From an uncultured Candidatus Saccharibacteria bacterium (GTDB lineage Bacteria > Patescibacteriota > Saccharimonadia > Saccharimonadales > 2-12-FULL-41-12), in assembly GCA_964643605.1 (NCBI GenBank), contig CAZXTF010000002.1, positions 11,282 through 59,084 on the forward strand: a stretch of 47,803 bases of DNA, in the 5' to 3' direction. Both the position numbers and the translations under genes were made by a program. This document shows positions 33,866 through 44,223 of this stretch, piece after piece. Numbering within the stretch: position 1 is the first letter of the stretch; each line of letters starts with the position of its first letter. The notes under the pieces were generated by a model. It ran no database searches. It was not told where the DNA came from and saw nothing but the letters and a program-made list of their open reading frames with translations.

Positions 33866-34408
33866 TTAAGACTTTTTGAGTGCTTTGAGGTAGTATTGCA
33901 GCTCTGCGATACTTGCCTGAATATCGTCGAAAGCCCGATGGACATCTTTTTTACGGAATTCGACGCCGTCTTTGGCTTGCATCAAGATCTTAAAACTGGT
34001 TACGTCTAGCATCCGGTAATGAAGTAGCTCCTCTACCTCAGGCCACCATTGGCGAATAAAAATCCTGTCATTGTGAATTGAGTTACCCGCAAGTATTGCT
34101 GGTTCTTTGCCAAATTGAGCAGAAATAAAGCCAACCAGCTCGTGTACTACTTCGTTTTCGTCTCTCCCCTCGGTTTTAACCCGTTCTGTCAAACCGCTGG
34201 CAGCGTGCTGCTGAATAGACCACTCATTCATAGTTTTCAAGCGATCTTCAGGCTGCTTGATAACTGCTTCGTAGCTGGCGAGTGTCTTGAAATCAAAGTC
34301 GGTAATTTCGGCGGCGACCTCTAGGATCACATCTGTCTTTGGGTCGAGCCCTGTCATTTCTAGATCTACCCACAAAAGCTTGGTCGGAATGGCATTTTTA
34401 AGATCCAT
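33866..34408 (-). CDS. orn: oligoribonuclease
   Basis: LWVDLEMTGLDP (exo I), AGNSIHNDRIF (exo II) and HRAFDDI (exo III, DEDDh). Confidence 0.92.
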   Translation of the reverse strand: MDLKNAIPTKLLWVDLEMTGLDPKTDVILEVAAEITDFDFKTLASYEAVIKQPEDRLKTMNEWSIQQHAASGLTERVKTEGRDENEVVHELVGFISAQFGKEPAILAGNSIHNDRIFIRQWWPEVEELLHYRMLDVTSFKILMQAKDGVEFRKKDVHRAFDDIQASIAELQYYLKALKKS

Positions 34409-34614
34409 CTATAGCACTCCCTCGTATGCGAAAGACTTACCTGGCAAATTCAGATTTTTTCTTCTTGTGAAGAAATATACTGCATTAGTATATTGATGAG
34501 CAAAAGAGAAGATCTGAGCTGTCAGAAAGTCTTGGAGTAGAAGTGGTGATATAAGATGGATCTTACCTATCATTACACCCTATTATACAAGAGTAGTCGT
34601 GATATGATTAAAAA

Positions 34615-35349
34615 GTGAAACGCAAGAACATATTACTACTATTTCTCGCTTGCTTGATTGTTGTTTTGGGTGTGTTTTTGTTTTTTAAACAAAAGGCTAA
34701 AGCCCCCGAGGGAGAAAATAAGCCAATAGCCACAAATAACTCAGAGGTACCTGCCACCGAAGTACCAGCTAGTTTTAATAAAAACTTATATTCTCTGGAT
34801 GATCCAGCAAGTCTTTGGATAATTGTAAACAAAAAACGACCTTTGCCAGATGGCTATACTCCAGCCGACCTAGTGGCTGTCAGTGGGCAAATGCTCAGAA
34901 AAGAAGCTGCTACTGCACTTGGCTCGCTACTGAGCGACGGCGCAAAAGCTGGCGCTAGTATGCAAGCTATTAGCGGGTATCGTTCGCAGGCTACCCAAGT
35001 AGGCCTTTATAACTCATATGTTGCTAAAGATGGCGTGGCTGCAGCCGACCGCTATAGTGCTCGCCCTCGCTATAGTGAGCATCAAACTGGCTTGGCGGCA
35101 GATCTTGGCAACGGCACGTGTGACCTAGAGATTTGCTTTGGTACTACTGCAGCTGGCAAATGGCTACGTGAAAACGCCTACAGATACGGCTTTGTAGTTC
35201 GCTACCCCGAGGGTAAAGAATCGTTGACTGGGTATCAGTATGAACCGTGGCATATTCGCTATGTTGGCAAAGAACTTGCCTTAGAAATCCAAAAGTCTGG
35301 CCAGACACTTGAACAATTTTTTGGCTTGCCAATGGCTGGCTCGTATTAG
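34615..35349 (+). CDS. M15B (VanY-type) D-alanyl-D-alanine carboxypeptidase, membrane anchored
   Basis: SGYRS...SEHQTGLAADL...EPWHIRYVG metal-ligand motifs and an N-terminal TM segment. GTG start. Confidence 0.85.
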   Translation: MKRKNILLLFLACLIVVLGVFLFFKQKAKAPEGENKPIATNNSEVPATEVPASFNKNLYSLDDPASLWIIVNKKRPLPDGYTPADLVAVSGQMLRKEAATALGSLLSDGAKAGASMQAISGYRSQATQVGLYNSYVAKDGVAAADRYSARPRYSEHQTGLAADLGNGTCDLEICFGTTAAGKWLRENAYRYGFVVRYPEGKESLTGYQYEPWHIRYVGKELALEIQKSGQTLEQFFGLPMAGSY

Positions 35350-35352
35350 AGC

Positions 35353-35793
35353 TTAGTCCTTTTTCTTGTCGAGCTTATCTAGTTTTGCGTAGTGTACGAT
35401 TAGGTAGATCACAAATGCAGTTGCTACAAGTGTAATAAGCGCCGAAAGGATTGCGCCCCAGCCAATAATTAGCCCGCCCTTACCACTTGCATCTGGATCC
35501 ACAACGGTCCAATTTAAATCAGCCAGATCAATTCCGCCGATGATAAAACCCACAATTGGGTTAATAAACCCATCAACAATTTGTTTTACCGCAGCTCCTG
35601 CGGCAGTACCAATAGCCAAACCAACTGCCAAACCAACTACACCTTGCGTGCGGACAAAATCCATAAATCCAGCAAGCTGGCTAACTGGCTTTGTCTTGGT
35701 GGCCTTCTCTGCTTTTTTGCGAGCAGTTGCAGCTGCTTTTGCGGCTGCAGTTTTAGTGTTTTTGCGTGTTTTTGCAATAGCTTTCTTTGCCAT
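35353..35793 (-). CDS. mscL: large-conductance mechanosensitive channel with Lys/Ala-rich N-terminal extension
   Basis: GFMDFVRTQGVVGLAVGLAIGTAAGAAVKQIVDGFINPIVG, with AAGGGAGAG SD. Confidence 0.9.
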   Translation of the reverse strand: MAKKAIAKTRKNTKTAAAKAAATARKKAEKATKTKPVSQLAGFMDFVRTQGVVGLAVGLAIGTAAGAAVKQIVDGFINPIVGFIIGGIDLADLNWTVVDPDASGKGGLIIGWGAILSALITLVATAFVIYLIVHYAKLDKLDKKKD

Positions 35794-35822
35794 TATCTCT
35801 CCCTTCGATTATTGAGGTTATT

Positions 35823-36446
35823 TTAACATAATTTAGCTATTATGTCCTCTGGTTTCTCGACAATATAGGTGGGTTTTGCGCTCCTAAGAATCGCTTTATC
35901 TTGCAAGCCCCATGTTACAGCAACCGAGCGGATGGATGCTTTTTCGGATGCTATAACATCTCGCACCTCATCTCCGATCATCCAAACATTCTCCGCTTTG
36001 TACGGATACTTCCTAAAGAAACGAGATAAATTTCTGTGCTTGCCAAGCAATGATGCTCGAGGGAGTACGGTGATGTCTGCTGCTAGCTTCTCTCGGGTAA
36101 GAATAGCCTTGATAGCTTTTTCGCCATTTTGACTCAACACAAACAAATCCCAGCCAGCCCTTTTGAGATCTTTCACAACCGTTTCCATGCCCGTAAAAAG
36201 TGTTATCTCATCAATGTGTTCAAAGAATCTTTTGCGACCTTTGTAGAGCAAAAGCGGCAGCTGCCATGGATGTATGCCTGCCCACTCTAAAGCTTCTCGG
36301 AGCGTACCTTTGCGAAGCCGAATGTAATCCTTTGAGGACATGTGTGGCCAGCCATTTTCTTTTGCCATTTGGTTGTAGACTACCTGAAGCACATGTGCGG
36401 TATTTGCTAATGTGCCGTCAAAGTCGAGTATTACTGCTTTTTTCAT
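35823..36446 (-). CDS. HAD-superfamily hydrolase
   Basis: Motif I is ILDFDGTLANT. The distal motif is MIGDEVRD. Confidence 0.85.
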   Translation of the reverse strand: MKKAVILDFDGTLANTAHVLQVVYNQMAKENGWPHMSSKDYIRLRKGTLREALEWAGIHPWQLPLLLYKGRKRFFEHIDEITLFTGMETVVKDLKRAGWDLFVLSQNGEKAIKAILTREKLAADITVLPRASLLGKHRNLSRFFRKYPYKAENVWMIGDEVRDVIASEKASIRSVAVTWGLQDKAILRSAKPTYIVEKPEDIIAKLC

Positions 36447-36448
36447 CG

Positions 36449-38104
36449 CTACATCTTTTCTGGGGTTGGCATGCCAAGCACATGAAGCCCTGCTGCCAAT
36501 ACTTTTTCGTACGCCTCAACTAATGCCAAGCGCTCCTTTGAGCGAGGATCATCGATTACCCTGCTCTGTTCGTAAAAACGATTAAATGTCTGTGATAGAT
36601 CATATAAATAAGTACAAATATGATGGGGCGAATAGGAATGTAGTGCTGCGGCAAATGCTTCTGGGTATTGGCTAATTGCTCGGGCCAAACTTCGCTCGGC
36701 TGGGTCGAGTGATTCTGTAGTAGTGGCTTTTTTATCGGTAGACTTGCCCAAAATACTGCGAGCCCGCACTAATGCATATTGGATATATGGCCCGCTATTC
36801 CCTTCTAGGCTGACGGAGCTTGTTGGGTCATAGCTGATATCGCCGCCAATTTTATTTTTTAGGAACGAATACCGCACAGCACCGAGCACTACTTGGTCAT
36901 CAGAAGATTTTGCAGCTTCATAAGTTGCATCCAGTACGTCGTTAGCGGTTACCACATTACCTTCTCGGCTACTCATTTTACGGCCATCAGCAAATTTTAT
37001 GCGACCATGCGTGTGATGAATAGTTTTTTTAACAAGTTCTGGTTCGAATTGCTCGACGCTTTTCATCACAACAGCTAAGTGATCTTTTTGGGCGACATCT
37101 GTGATGATAAATGAGCTATCGTATTTGAAGTCTTCGAACTTATGCTGGATAAGTCCAACGTCTTTGCCTGCATAGGTCGGCAAACCTTCACTATTAACAA
37201 AAACTTGGGTGAATAATCCGTACTTTTCGCCTCTAAAAATTATGGCGCCATCTGACTCTTCGTATACATCACCAACATGGGATTTTACGGTTTCTAGCCC
37301 CAGATCTGACACCGCACTTTCTGGATAATATTTTTTGAATGGTACCATGCCCAAACGATCGTATAGTTCGTCAAACCCATCGTAGCTCCACTGCCGACAA
37401 GTCCAGTAGATCTTAGCAAAATCGCTCGTCTTGTCTCCATTATTATGAAGCTCGTAAATTTTTTTGTTCAATGCATCAATCTCTTGCTTGTTCGAATCAT
37501 ATGCTTCATTGCCAGCTACGTATTGGTTGCTTAGCCATTTGGCTCGGTCTGCAGGCTTGATGCCATCGAGCTTCTTTGGGTTCTCGCCACCCAATTCTCG
37601 CAAAATTGCCCACATAGTTTTTGCTACATGCAGCCCTACATCACCACCAAAATTTACTCGATGCACATTTGCGCCAGCGGCTTCAAGCAAGTTAGCTATC
37701 GCATCGCCTACTAGGCTCGTGTAGAGATGTCCCGCATGAAGTACTTTAAACGGATTTGGATCGGAATATTCGGCTACGGTTTCTTGGTGAAGTAGAGTTT
37801 TTGATATACGGTCTGCAGACGCCAAAGCCGCTGCAAAGACTACTTCGTCGACTAATCGAATATTTATAAAACCTGGACCAGCCACTTCTGCTGATACAAC
37901 TCCTTCGACTTGCTGGGAGATGGCCTCGGCAATTTGAGTAGCTAATTCTCGTGGGCTACCCCCAATCAACCCTGCTGCCTTCATAGCAACATTAGTCGAA
38001 AAATCGCCAAATTCTTCCTCGGGCCGAGTTAGCTCTACCGCAACATCCTTGCCAAGAATCTCCCGAACGACCTCCGTAATCCGATTTTGATAATCCTCTA
38101 TCAT
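36449..38104 (-). CDS. argS: arginine--tRNA ligase
   Basis: HAGH (HIGH) motif, a DALR anticodon-binding C-terminus, and a terminal ...GMPTPEKM. Start MIEDYQNR at 38104; the track extension to 38197 is rejected. Confidence 0.92.
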   Translation of the reverse strand: MIEDYQNRITEVVREILGKDVAVELTRPEEEFGDFSTNVAMKAAGLIGGSPRELATQIAEAISQQVEGVVSAEVAGPGFINIRLVDEVVFAAALASADRISKTLLHQETVAEYSDPNPFKVLHAGHLYTSLVGDAIANLLEAAGANVHRVNFGGDVGLHVAKTMWAILRELGGENPKKLDGIKPADRAKWLSNQYVAGNEAYDSNKQEIDALNKKIYELHNNGDKTSDFAKIYWTCRQWSYDGFDELYDRLGMVPFKKYYPESAVSDLGLETVKSHVGDVYEESDGAIIFRGEKYGLFTQVFVNSEGLPTYAGKDVGLIQHKFEDFKYDSSFIITDVAQKDHLAVVMKSVEQFEPELVKKTIHHTHGRIKFADGRKMSSREGNVVTANDVLDATYEAAKSSDDQVVLGAVRYSFLKNKIGGDISYDPTSSVSLEGNSGPYIQYALVRARSILGKSTDKKATTTESLDPAERSLARAISQYPEAFAAALHSYSPHHICTYLYDLSQTFNRFYEQSRVIDDPRSKERLALVEAYEKVLAAGLHVLGMPTPEKM

Positions 38105-38132
38105 CCCTCGGATTATAACAGATGAGCTCGGG

Positions 38133-38798
38133 TTATTTACGCTTGAGAAGCTGGGTTGCTTCCCAAACAACCAAGTACACGCTCGCCAGGAGCCCAAAGA
38201 AAAGCAAAGTAGTCATATATGTTTGCTCGTGTGCTGCTGGGTTCACAAATCGGTCCGACACATCAAAAAGTAGTCCTGCAGGCCGAAGCACAATATCCCA
38301 ACTATTCCAGCGAGTATAGCGCCCAAGATAGGCTGCAAAGCTACACATCAAGATAACCAGCATAATTATGCTAATCGCCCACTTGGCTTTAAAGCGTTTT
38401 ATAAGCCGCTGGTGTACCATATAAATTCCCAAAAAACCAAATATTAGCCCGTTGAGCACAAAGCTCGTCATCATAACAATATCGAAGATGAGACTGGCTT
38501 CGTACGTTTCACGAATATGTATAAAATCGGTAATCAGATAAAAGCTATTCGGCAAAAAACTCAGCCATACAATAGTAAGTAAAATCTGCTGCCAGCGCAG
38601 CCAGCCGTGCTCGTCAATTCGAAGCACCAACCACCAAGCCAATAATGCTGGTAATGTCGCTAGCACCAAATTCCACAGCAAGAAGCTATAGCGCATACTT
38701 TCGCTAGCTTCGATTCGAACAGCCAACAAGCCCACACTAACTGCACATGACAACCCTATTGCTGCAGTGAATCTGTAGAGCTGCGTAGGAGACTTCAT
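38133..38798 (-). CDS. DUF1361-family membrane protein
   Basis: Polytopic protein with LLWNLVLATLPALLAWW and LPNSFYLITDFIHI motifs. Confidence 0.7.
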   Translation of the reverse strand: MKSPTQLYRFTAAIGLSCAVSVGLLAVRIEASESMRYSFLLWNLVLATLPALLAWWLVLRIDEHGWLRWQQILLTIVWLSFLPNSFYLITDFIHIRETYEASLIFDIVMMTSFVLNGLIFGFLGIYMVHQRLIKRFKAKWAISIIMLVILMCSFAAYLGRYTRWNSWDIVLRPAGLLFDVSDRFVNPAAHEQTYMTTLLFFGLLASVYLVVWEATQLLKRK

Positions 38799-38802
38799 GG
38801 CT

Positions 38803-39834
38803 CTAGGCCACCATCTCTGCCTTCAGTTTTTCAATCAAATCTACAGGAGTCGGGTTGAGCCCATTCAAGATTGCCAAGTAAAGACTCACAAAATCACCCA
38901 ACTGAATACTCCAGAGTAGTTGCTGCAACACCGTCTCGCCAACTGGTTTTACAACTTCTGAGTGAGGCCTTTTGCCCGAAAGCAGTTTTTCGCTCACATC
39001 AAAGCGTTTTTGAGTTCGTATATTTTCAAAATTACTCCGAATATCCACTACTTTGTAGGGTTTATTTTGCGGATGGCTGGTCCAGCCTAAAAATTCGTTA
39101 TGATTAAACTCTGGCAGTGCATTGCACCATGCGATATTCTTGGCATTTTCGTTAAAGTTAATCTTCCACTTATACGCAACTGGATAAAAAAGTGTCCCTG
39201 CATACACAACAATCGAATTACCGACCAGCTCCTGCGCTAATTGTTTGGCTGGGTTATCCTTAGTTGGCACATCTGGTGCTAGCGCAGCACTTTGCAGGCC
39301 AAGCCATTCTGCTGATACATGGAGTTCGTTGAGCACCGATTCTTCCAACAAGCCAACGTTCGTCATCAGCTGCACAAGTGCCGCAAAGTTATAAAATACT
39401 GCCATACGAGGCTGAAAACCTTCAGGAATTTTATACAGTGGATAATTTTTTTCTGCCGCTCGTTCGGCCAGCTTACCACCAGCAGCAATAACTGCGATTT
39501 GGCAGTTCTTAGCTTCTGCCTGTTCCAGTGCCGCAAGGGTTTCTTCCGTATTGCCAGAATAACTCGAAGCAATAAACAACGTTTTAGGTCCGATATACGT
39601 AGGAAGCGTATAGTCTCGCACCACCTCAAAAGGTACGCTCACTCCCGGCCACGAAGCAAAAAGACTAGCAGCTAGCGCCGAACCACCCATCCCAGCGAGT
39701 ACTATATTCTCTACCTGCATATCAGGCGTTGCTATAACCTTATAATCGTACATTAGCTGTTGCCATTGCTTCCCTGCTACTCCAAGCGCATCCTGCGCAT
39801 CTCTTTGGTGAATTAGTTTCAAATCATCAAGCAT
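38803..39834 (-). CDS. bifunctional phosphoglucose/phosphomannose isomerase (SIS family)
   Basis: GMGGSALAASL, SSYSGNTEETL and a C-terminal PMI-type domain. Confidence 0.8.
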   Translation of the reverse strand: MLDDLKLIHQRDAQDALGVAGKQWQQLMYDYKVIATPDMQVENIVLAGMGGSALAASLFASWPGVSVPFEVVRDYTLPTYIGPKTLFIASSYSGNTEETLAALEQAEAKNCQIAVIAAGGKLAERAAEKNYPLYKIPEGFQPRMAVFYNFAALVQLMTNVGLLEESVLNELHVSAEWLGLQSAALAPDVPTKDNPAKQLAQELVGNSIVVYAGTLFYPVAYKWKINFNENAKNIAWCNALPEFNHNEFLGWTSHPQNKPYKVVDIRSNFENIRTQKRFDVSEKLLSGKRPHSEVVKPVGETVLQQLLWSIQLGDFVSLYLAILNGLNPTPVDLIEKLKAEMVA

Positions 39835-40357
39835 GTTTTACCTCCTTAATATTGTACTCTGCTAGCCTGCTAATAATGCCCTTTAGCTCTGGAAAAGATA
39901 ACATATCTGAACTGATTTCTTCTGGATAAAACCACACTAATTCTTCTACATCATCTTTAGCCTCTATATTCTGGCTATTATTTGTCCCTACAAAAGTCAT
40001 TATCAGATTTTTATAGTTATCCCTTCCCCAAGGATAATTAGTACTATAACTCAATGCATATCTCACATTTTTTATTTCAGAAAAATCTATACCTAGCTCC
40101 TCAGACACCTCACGCCTTAGGCCCTCTTCTAAAGAGCCGTCCTCGATATCAACAAATCCACCAGGTATATCGAATTTTCCTTTGGCAGGGTTCTTGGCTC
40201 TTTTGGCTAATAAAATCTGCCCTTCGTCGTTGAAGATTGCAACTTCAACACAAGGTTTAGGATTGAGATAGATCTGTTGGGAGCAATTTGTACACAAAAA
40301 ATGGTCCCCTTTTTCCTCAAGCTGACCGCCACAAAGATAGCAAAACTTCGTATTCAT
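39827..40357 (-). CDS. Nudix hydrolase with N-terminal zinc ribbon
   Basis: CYLCGG...CTNCS zinc ribbon and Nudix box GGFVDIEDGSLEEGLRREVSEELGI. Confidence 0.88.
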   Translation of the reverse strand: MNTKFCYLCGGQLEEKGDHFLCTNCSQQIYLNPKPCVEVAIFNDEGQILLAKRAKNPAKGKFDIPGGFVDIEDGSLEEGLRREVSEELGIDFSEIKNVRYALSYSTNYPWGRDNYKNLIMTFVGTNNSQNIEAKDDVEELVWFYPEEISSDMLSFPELKGIISRLAEYNIKEVKHA

Positions 40358-40401
40358 CAGTCTAATCGTACCAAAGCAGACTTCTAATTCCCAGCTGGCG
40401 A

Positions 40402-40410
40402 TGGTATAGT
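40402..40410 (+). promoter_or_regulatory. extended -10 (TGGTATAGT)
   Basis: At 40402-40410, about 31 nt upstream of the ATG at 40442. Confidence 0.4.
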
Positions 40411-40441
40411 TTTAAGCACAAGCATTGCAATATTTAAACAC

Positions 40442-40954
40442 ATGTTAGGGGGTGGGATGTTCGGACAAGACGACAATCAGCAAACAAATGACGGAGCAGT
40501 TGACAGCACAGCACAAGCTTCAGTACCAGGTACTGCGCCAAGCTTTAGCAACCCTACATTTACTCCAACCGACATAGACACCGTAGTTGCCGACCAAGAT
40601 ACTGAACAAACAGGGCAGCCAGAACAACCAAAACAGTTAGAAGAGGCTGAGAGCAATGAAGATACTTCTACTCCTGTACCTAGCCCAGCAGCCTCTAGTG
40701 CAACAAGTGACCTTGCGGACATAAAGAAAGATGCACTCTCGCAGCTGTCGCCACTAGTTTCTCACCTTGATCAATCACCAATAGAAAAATTCCGAACTCT
40801 TATGATGATGATCCAGTCGACCGACGACCAGACTTTGCTTAAAGAAGCTTTCGAAGCAGCCCAAAAAGTTGAGGATGAAGGAGAAAAAGCCAAAGCTCTC
40901 CTCGCCATCATTAACGAAATCGACTATTTCTCTCAGGACTCTAAAGAATCTTAA
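40442..40954 (+). CDS. hypothetical acidic protein (disordered N-terminal half, helical C-terminal half)
   Basis: 170-aa ORF. No motif recognised. Confidence 0.6.
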   Translation: MLGGGMFGQDDNQQTNDGAVDSTAQASVPGTAPSFSNPTFTPTDIDTVVADQDTEQTGQPEQPKQLEEAESNEDTSTPVPSPAASSATSDLADIKKDALSQLSPLVSHLDQSPIEKFRTLMMMIQSTDDQTLLKEAFEAAQKVEDEGEKAKALLAIINEIDYFSQDSKES

Positions 40955-41256
40955 GTTCGAACTTTAGCACCCGCCAGTCGGTCGATTGCCTGATGTAATG
41001 ATCTAATTTCTTGCTGGAGTGCATTCACTTGGTGCTCTAATGCCGCAGTTCTACGCCAATTTTGATCTTGGTTAGCATTGGCTTGTCTCATAATTGCCTG
41101 GTTCTCCATATGCATCCCTTGCATTACTGCCAGAATTCTGTCTCGTGCACCATCGCACACCGATTGCACATCATACTTGGTTACCAAACGTTCTATAATC
41201 CTGTTCTTGGCACTTTCAGTAACCGTCATAAGATCTTGTTTTGTCATTGTGTTCAT
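40951..41256 (-). CDS. hypothetical coiled-coil protein
   Basis: 101-aa ORF with GGGGGT SD 7 nt upstream. Confidence 0.6.
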   Translation of the reverse strand: MNTMTKQDLMTVTESAKNRIIERLVTKYDVQSVCDGARDRILAVMQGMHMENQAIMRQANANQDQNWRRTAALEHQVNALQQEIRSLHQAIDRLAGAKVRT

Positions 41257-41437
41257 ATTATTACCCCCGCTTAGCTTTAGTCCCTTTGTTTTAGCAGAAA
41301 TAATATCTCTGTTTTGCTCAAAAACTGAGTCCTGACGTCCCTTGTCATACCCTCACACAGGAGAGCTACTACTATAATAACCACCTAATCTGAGAAAAAG
41401 ATGTGATAATTCTAACAGTAGTCTAGCTGGTATTTTT

Positions 41438-41890
41438 CTAAAGGCCTTCGTCACCAGTACGAGGCAAGGTCGTCGAGGCAGGCTCATCACCTAAAGCAGG
41501 TGTATTTGATGGGTTCGGCACAATGCGAGGCGGCGTAGAAGTTCCGGTATTACTGCTTCCTTGAAGATTTGTAGCCCCCTGATTGTTCTGATTATTCGTG
41601 CTCTGCGGCTCTGATGGCGATACACCCTGTTGCTGCTGGGCAGTATCATCTTTCTTTTCGGTTTGAGCGGTGTCTTTTTTATTATCGTTGCTATTAAAGC
41701 TCCTGTAAATTGCTCGGCCGCCAAAGAAAATCAGTGCTGCAAAAAGCAATGTGCCTATCAGCGTTGCAAGACCCAAAAGAATAGCTACGCTCTTTTTCTC
41801 TCGAGCTTCAGACTTGTAATATGCATCTACTTCGCCAGGAAGTATGCTTTTTTTCTTGCCACCCTTTCGAAAACGACCGAATAACGCCAT
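41438..41890 (-). CDS. hypothetical membrane-anchored protein with low-complexity ectodomain
   Basis: Basic N-terminus, one TM segment (VAILLGLATLIGTLLFAALIFFGG) and an N/Q/S/T-rich tail ending LPRTGDEGL. AGAGGAGAG SD. Confidence 0.65.
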   Translation of the reverse strand: MALFGRFRKGGKKKSILPGEVDAYYKSEAREKKSVAILLGLATLIGTLLFAALIFFGGRAIYRSFNSNDNKKDTAQTEKKDDTAQQQQGVSPSEPQSTNNQNNQGATNLQGSSNTGTSTPPRIVPNPSNTPALGDEPASTTLPRTGDEGL

Positions 41891-41978
41891 ATGTCTCTCC
41901 TCTTTGTACTAATCTATAATAAATCAGCACTTTCCGCAAGAAGACCCACCTAAATTTGGAAGGTGTAGTCTAAATTTC

Positions 41979-43631
41979 CTACATTCCCATCATGCCGCCA
42001 CTCATGGCAGACATATCTGGTACGGCTGGTGCTGACTTTTCTGGCACATCAACCACCAATGCACCCATAGTCATAGCTGTACCAGCTACACTGGTTGCAT
42101 TCTGGATGGCCTCTTTGGTAACTCGAGCTGGGTCAACTACCCCAACGCTCTTTAGATCTACCACTTTGCTTGGGTCATTTACATTTACACCCTGCCCTGG
42201 CTTCTTGGTGTCTCGAATTTTAGGGAACCACTCGTCTGGGTTGAGGCCAGAGTTGTGCATGAGCTCAAAGAACGGGCGGAGTAACGCTGTTTTTAGAAGC
42301 TGGCGGCCAGCAGCTACGCTGTCCGAGCCTTTCACATCTACACTCTCACTCAAGTTCAGCAGTGTCACACCACCACCTGGCACGATTCCTTCCTCTAAAG
42401 CTGCCTTTACAGCGGCAACTGCGTCATCAACCCGAAACTTCTTCTCTTCAATTTCGGTCTCGGTAGCACCACCAACCTTGATTACCGCAACTTTACCACT
42501 TAGTGCAGCTCGGCGCTTTTCGTAGTTTTCACGATCATATTCGCTGGTTGCTAGGTTCGCCTGAGCGCTAATTTGATTAATTCGCTCTTTTACGTCGGTG
42601 ATTCGACCACCGCCTTCGATAATAGTCGTCTCGTCTTTGGTAACAATTACTTTTCTAGCAGAGCCAAGTACTGTCAGCTCAGCATTTTCAAACGTTGCGC
42701 CGGTGTCTTCTGAGATTACTTCTCCACCAGTTAGCACGGCAATGTCATTCAAGACTTCTTTTCGTCGATCACCAAAAGCTGGTGCCTTTACAGCTACTGC
42801 ATTCAAAACACCTTTTAGTTTGTTAAGAATCAACGTACCGAGAACCTCACCCTCAACATCATCAGCAATAATCAGCACGTCTTTCTTGCCTGTTTGAGCA
42901 AGCTTTTCTAAAATTGGCAAAAACTCTTGTACCGAGCTAATCTTTTTGTCGGTAATCACAATAGCCGGCTTGTCGATAACCGCTTCCATACGAGCTGTAT
43001 CACTCACCATATATGGGCTCGTAAAGCCTTTGTCAAAGGTAAAGCCTTCTACTACTTCACTTTCGAGGCTCAAGCCCTGCCCTTCCTCGACTGTTACTAC
43101 ACCGTCTTTGCCGACGGTGTCGATTACATCAGCAATCAAGCTACCGATTTCGCTATCACCAGCCGAGATAGTAGCAACTTCAGCCACCCGTGTTTTGTTG
43201 GCCTTAATATCTTCGCTCATCTTGCCAAGTTTAGTAATCACTTCCTCGGCAGCTTGCTCCAAACCTTTTCGCAAGAGCATTGGGTTGTGACCAGCGGCAA
43301 TCAGTTTGTTAGCTTCGTTTAAAATATGATACGTCAAAACAGTGACAGTAGTGGTGCCATCACCAGCTACATCATTCATTTTACTGGCGGCTTGTTTAAT
43401 AAGTTCTGCGCCAACTTTTTGGCCTAATGTCTCATCATCTACATCAGCGATTTCCACGCCTTTAGCTACAGTCACACCATCGTGTGTTACCGTTGGGCCG
43501 CCAAAGCTTTTGCTAATAACCACATTACGACCTTTTGGTCCCATAGTTGTTTTAACTGCGTTATACAAAATTTCTGCACCGGCCAAAACTCGTCGCCGTG
43601 CATCGTCGTCATAAAATACTTTCTTTGCCAT
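41979..43631 (-). CDS. groL: chaperonin GroEL
   Basis: AGDGTTTVTVL and GGVTLL motifs and a C-terminal GGMMGM. Confidence 0.98.
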   Translation of the reverse strand: MAKKVFYDDDARRRVLAGAEILYNAVKTTMGPKGRNVVISKSFGGPTVTHDGVTVAKGVEIADVDDETLGQKVGAELIKQAASKMNDVAGDGTTTVTVLTYHILNEANKLIAAGHNPMLLRKGLEQAAEEVITKLGKMSEDIKANKTRVAEVATISAGDSEIGSLIADVIDTVGKDGVVTVEEGQGLSLESEVVEGFTFDKGFTSPYMVSDTARMEAVIDKPAIVITDKKISSVQEFLPILEKLAQTGKKDVLIIADDVEGEVLGTLILNKLKGVLNAVAVKAPAFGDRRKEVLNDIAVLTGGEVISEDTGATFENAELTVLGSARKVIVTKDETTIIEGGGRITDVKERINQISAQANLATSEYDRENYEKRRAALSGKVAVIKVGGATETEIEEKKFRVDDAVAAVKAALEEGIVPGGGVTLLNLSESVDVKGSDSVAAGRQLLKTALLRPFFELMHNSGLNPDEWFPKIRDTKKPGQGVNVNDPSKVVDLKSVGVVDPARVTKEAIQNATSVAGTAMTMGALVVDVPEKSAPAVPDMSAMSGGMMGM

Positions 43632-43732
43632 TCTATCTCTCCTTTCAAATTCTTTAATCTTTTGGATTCGAGCGTCTCCGTAGGCAAAGCCGAGGACCTA
43701 GTCGAGAATCAAAATATTAAAGAATCCCCTTC

Positions 43733-43999
43733 TTACTTAACAGTTGCTAAAATATCTTCTTCTTTCACCAAGATGTACTCTTTACCATCCACTTTTACAT
43801 CGTTGGTGCTGTAACTTTTGTACAAAATTCGGTCATTGGTTTTAATTTGCGCTACATCTTTACCAACAGCCACAACCTTGGCTATTTTAGGCTTTTCGGT
43901 TGCTTGTTCGGGCAAATAGATCCCGCTGGCAGTTTTGGTGGCAGCTACTTCAGCTTCAGCCACAACGTAGTCAGACAAAGGACTAATAGGTACTGACAT
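43733..43999 (-). CDS. groS: co-chaperonin GroES
   Basis: PLSDYVVAEAEVAATKTASGIYLP mobile loop and AKVVAVGKD, with GAGGGAGGA SD. Confidence 0.93.
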   Translation of the reverse strand: MSVPISPLSDYVVAEAEVAATKTASGIYLPEQATEKPKIAKVVAVGKDVAQIKTNDRILYKSYSTNDVKVDGKEYILVKEEDILATVK

Positions 44000-44223
44000 T
44001 TTTCCTCCCTCTTAAATCTTAGTTTCTGGCTGCTGTCTTCTCGCATTAGACACCAGCCCTATGAGTCGGTTTGTCACTTCGTTTGAGCACGATAGTTAAT
44101 TATTCGAAAATACAGTTGGTGGGAAGACAGAATGAAATGTAGCGGTGCTACATAGAGTTCTGGATTGCCGTCAAATGTGCTTCGAGAATTAGCTAGACCT
44201 CAATCGAGTGACTAAGTGACTCG

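Noticed and set aside
41438-41467. C-terminal LPRTG in the 150-aa membrane protein, considered as a sortase sorting signal.
   Set aside because: The motif is followed by only four acidic or neutral residues (DEGL). A canonical LPXTG signal needs a hydrophobic segment plus a basic tail. The protein is already N-terminally anchored, so the motif is likely fortuitous.
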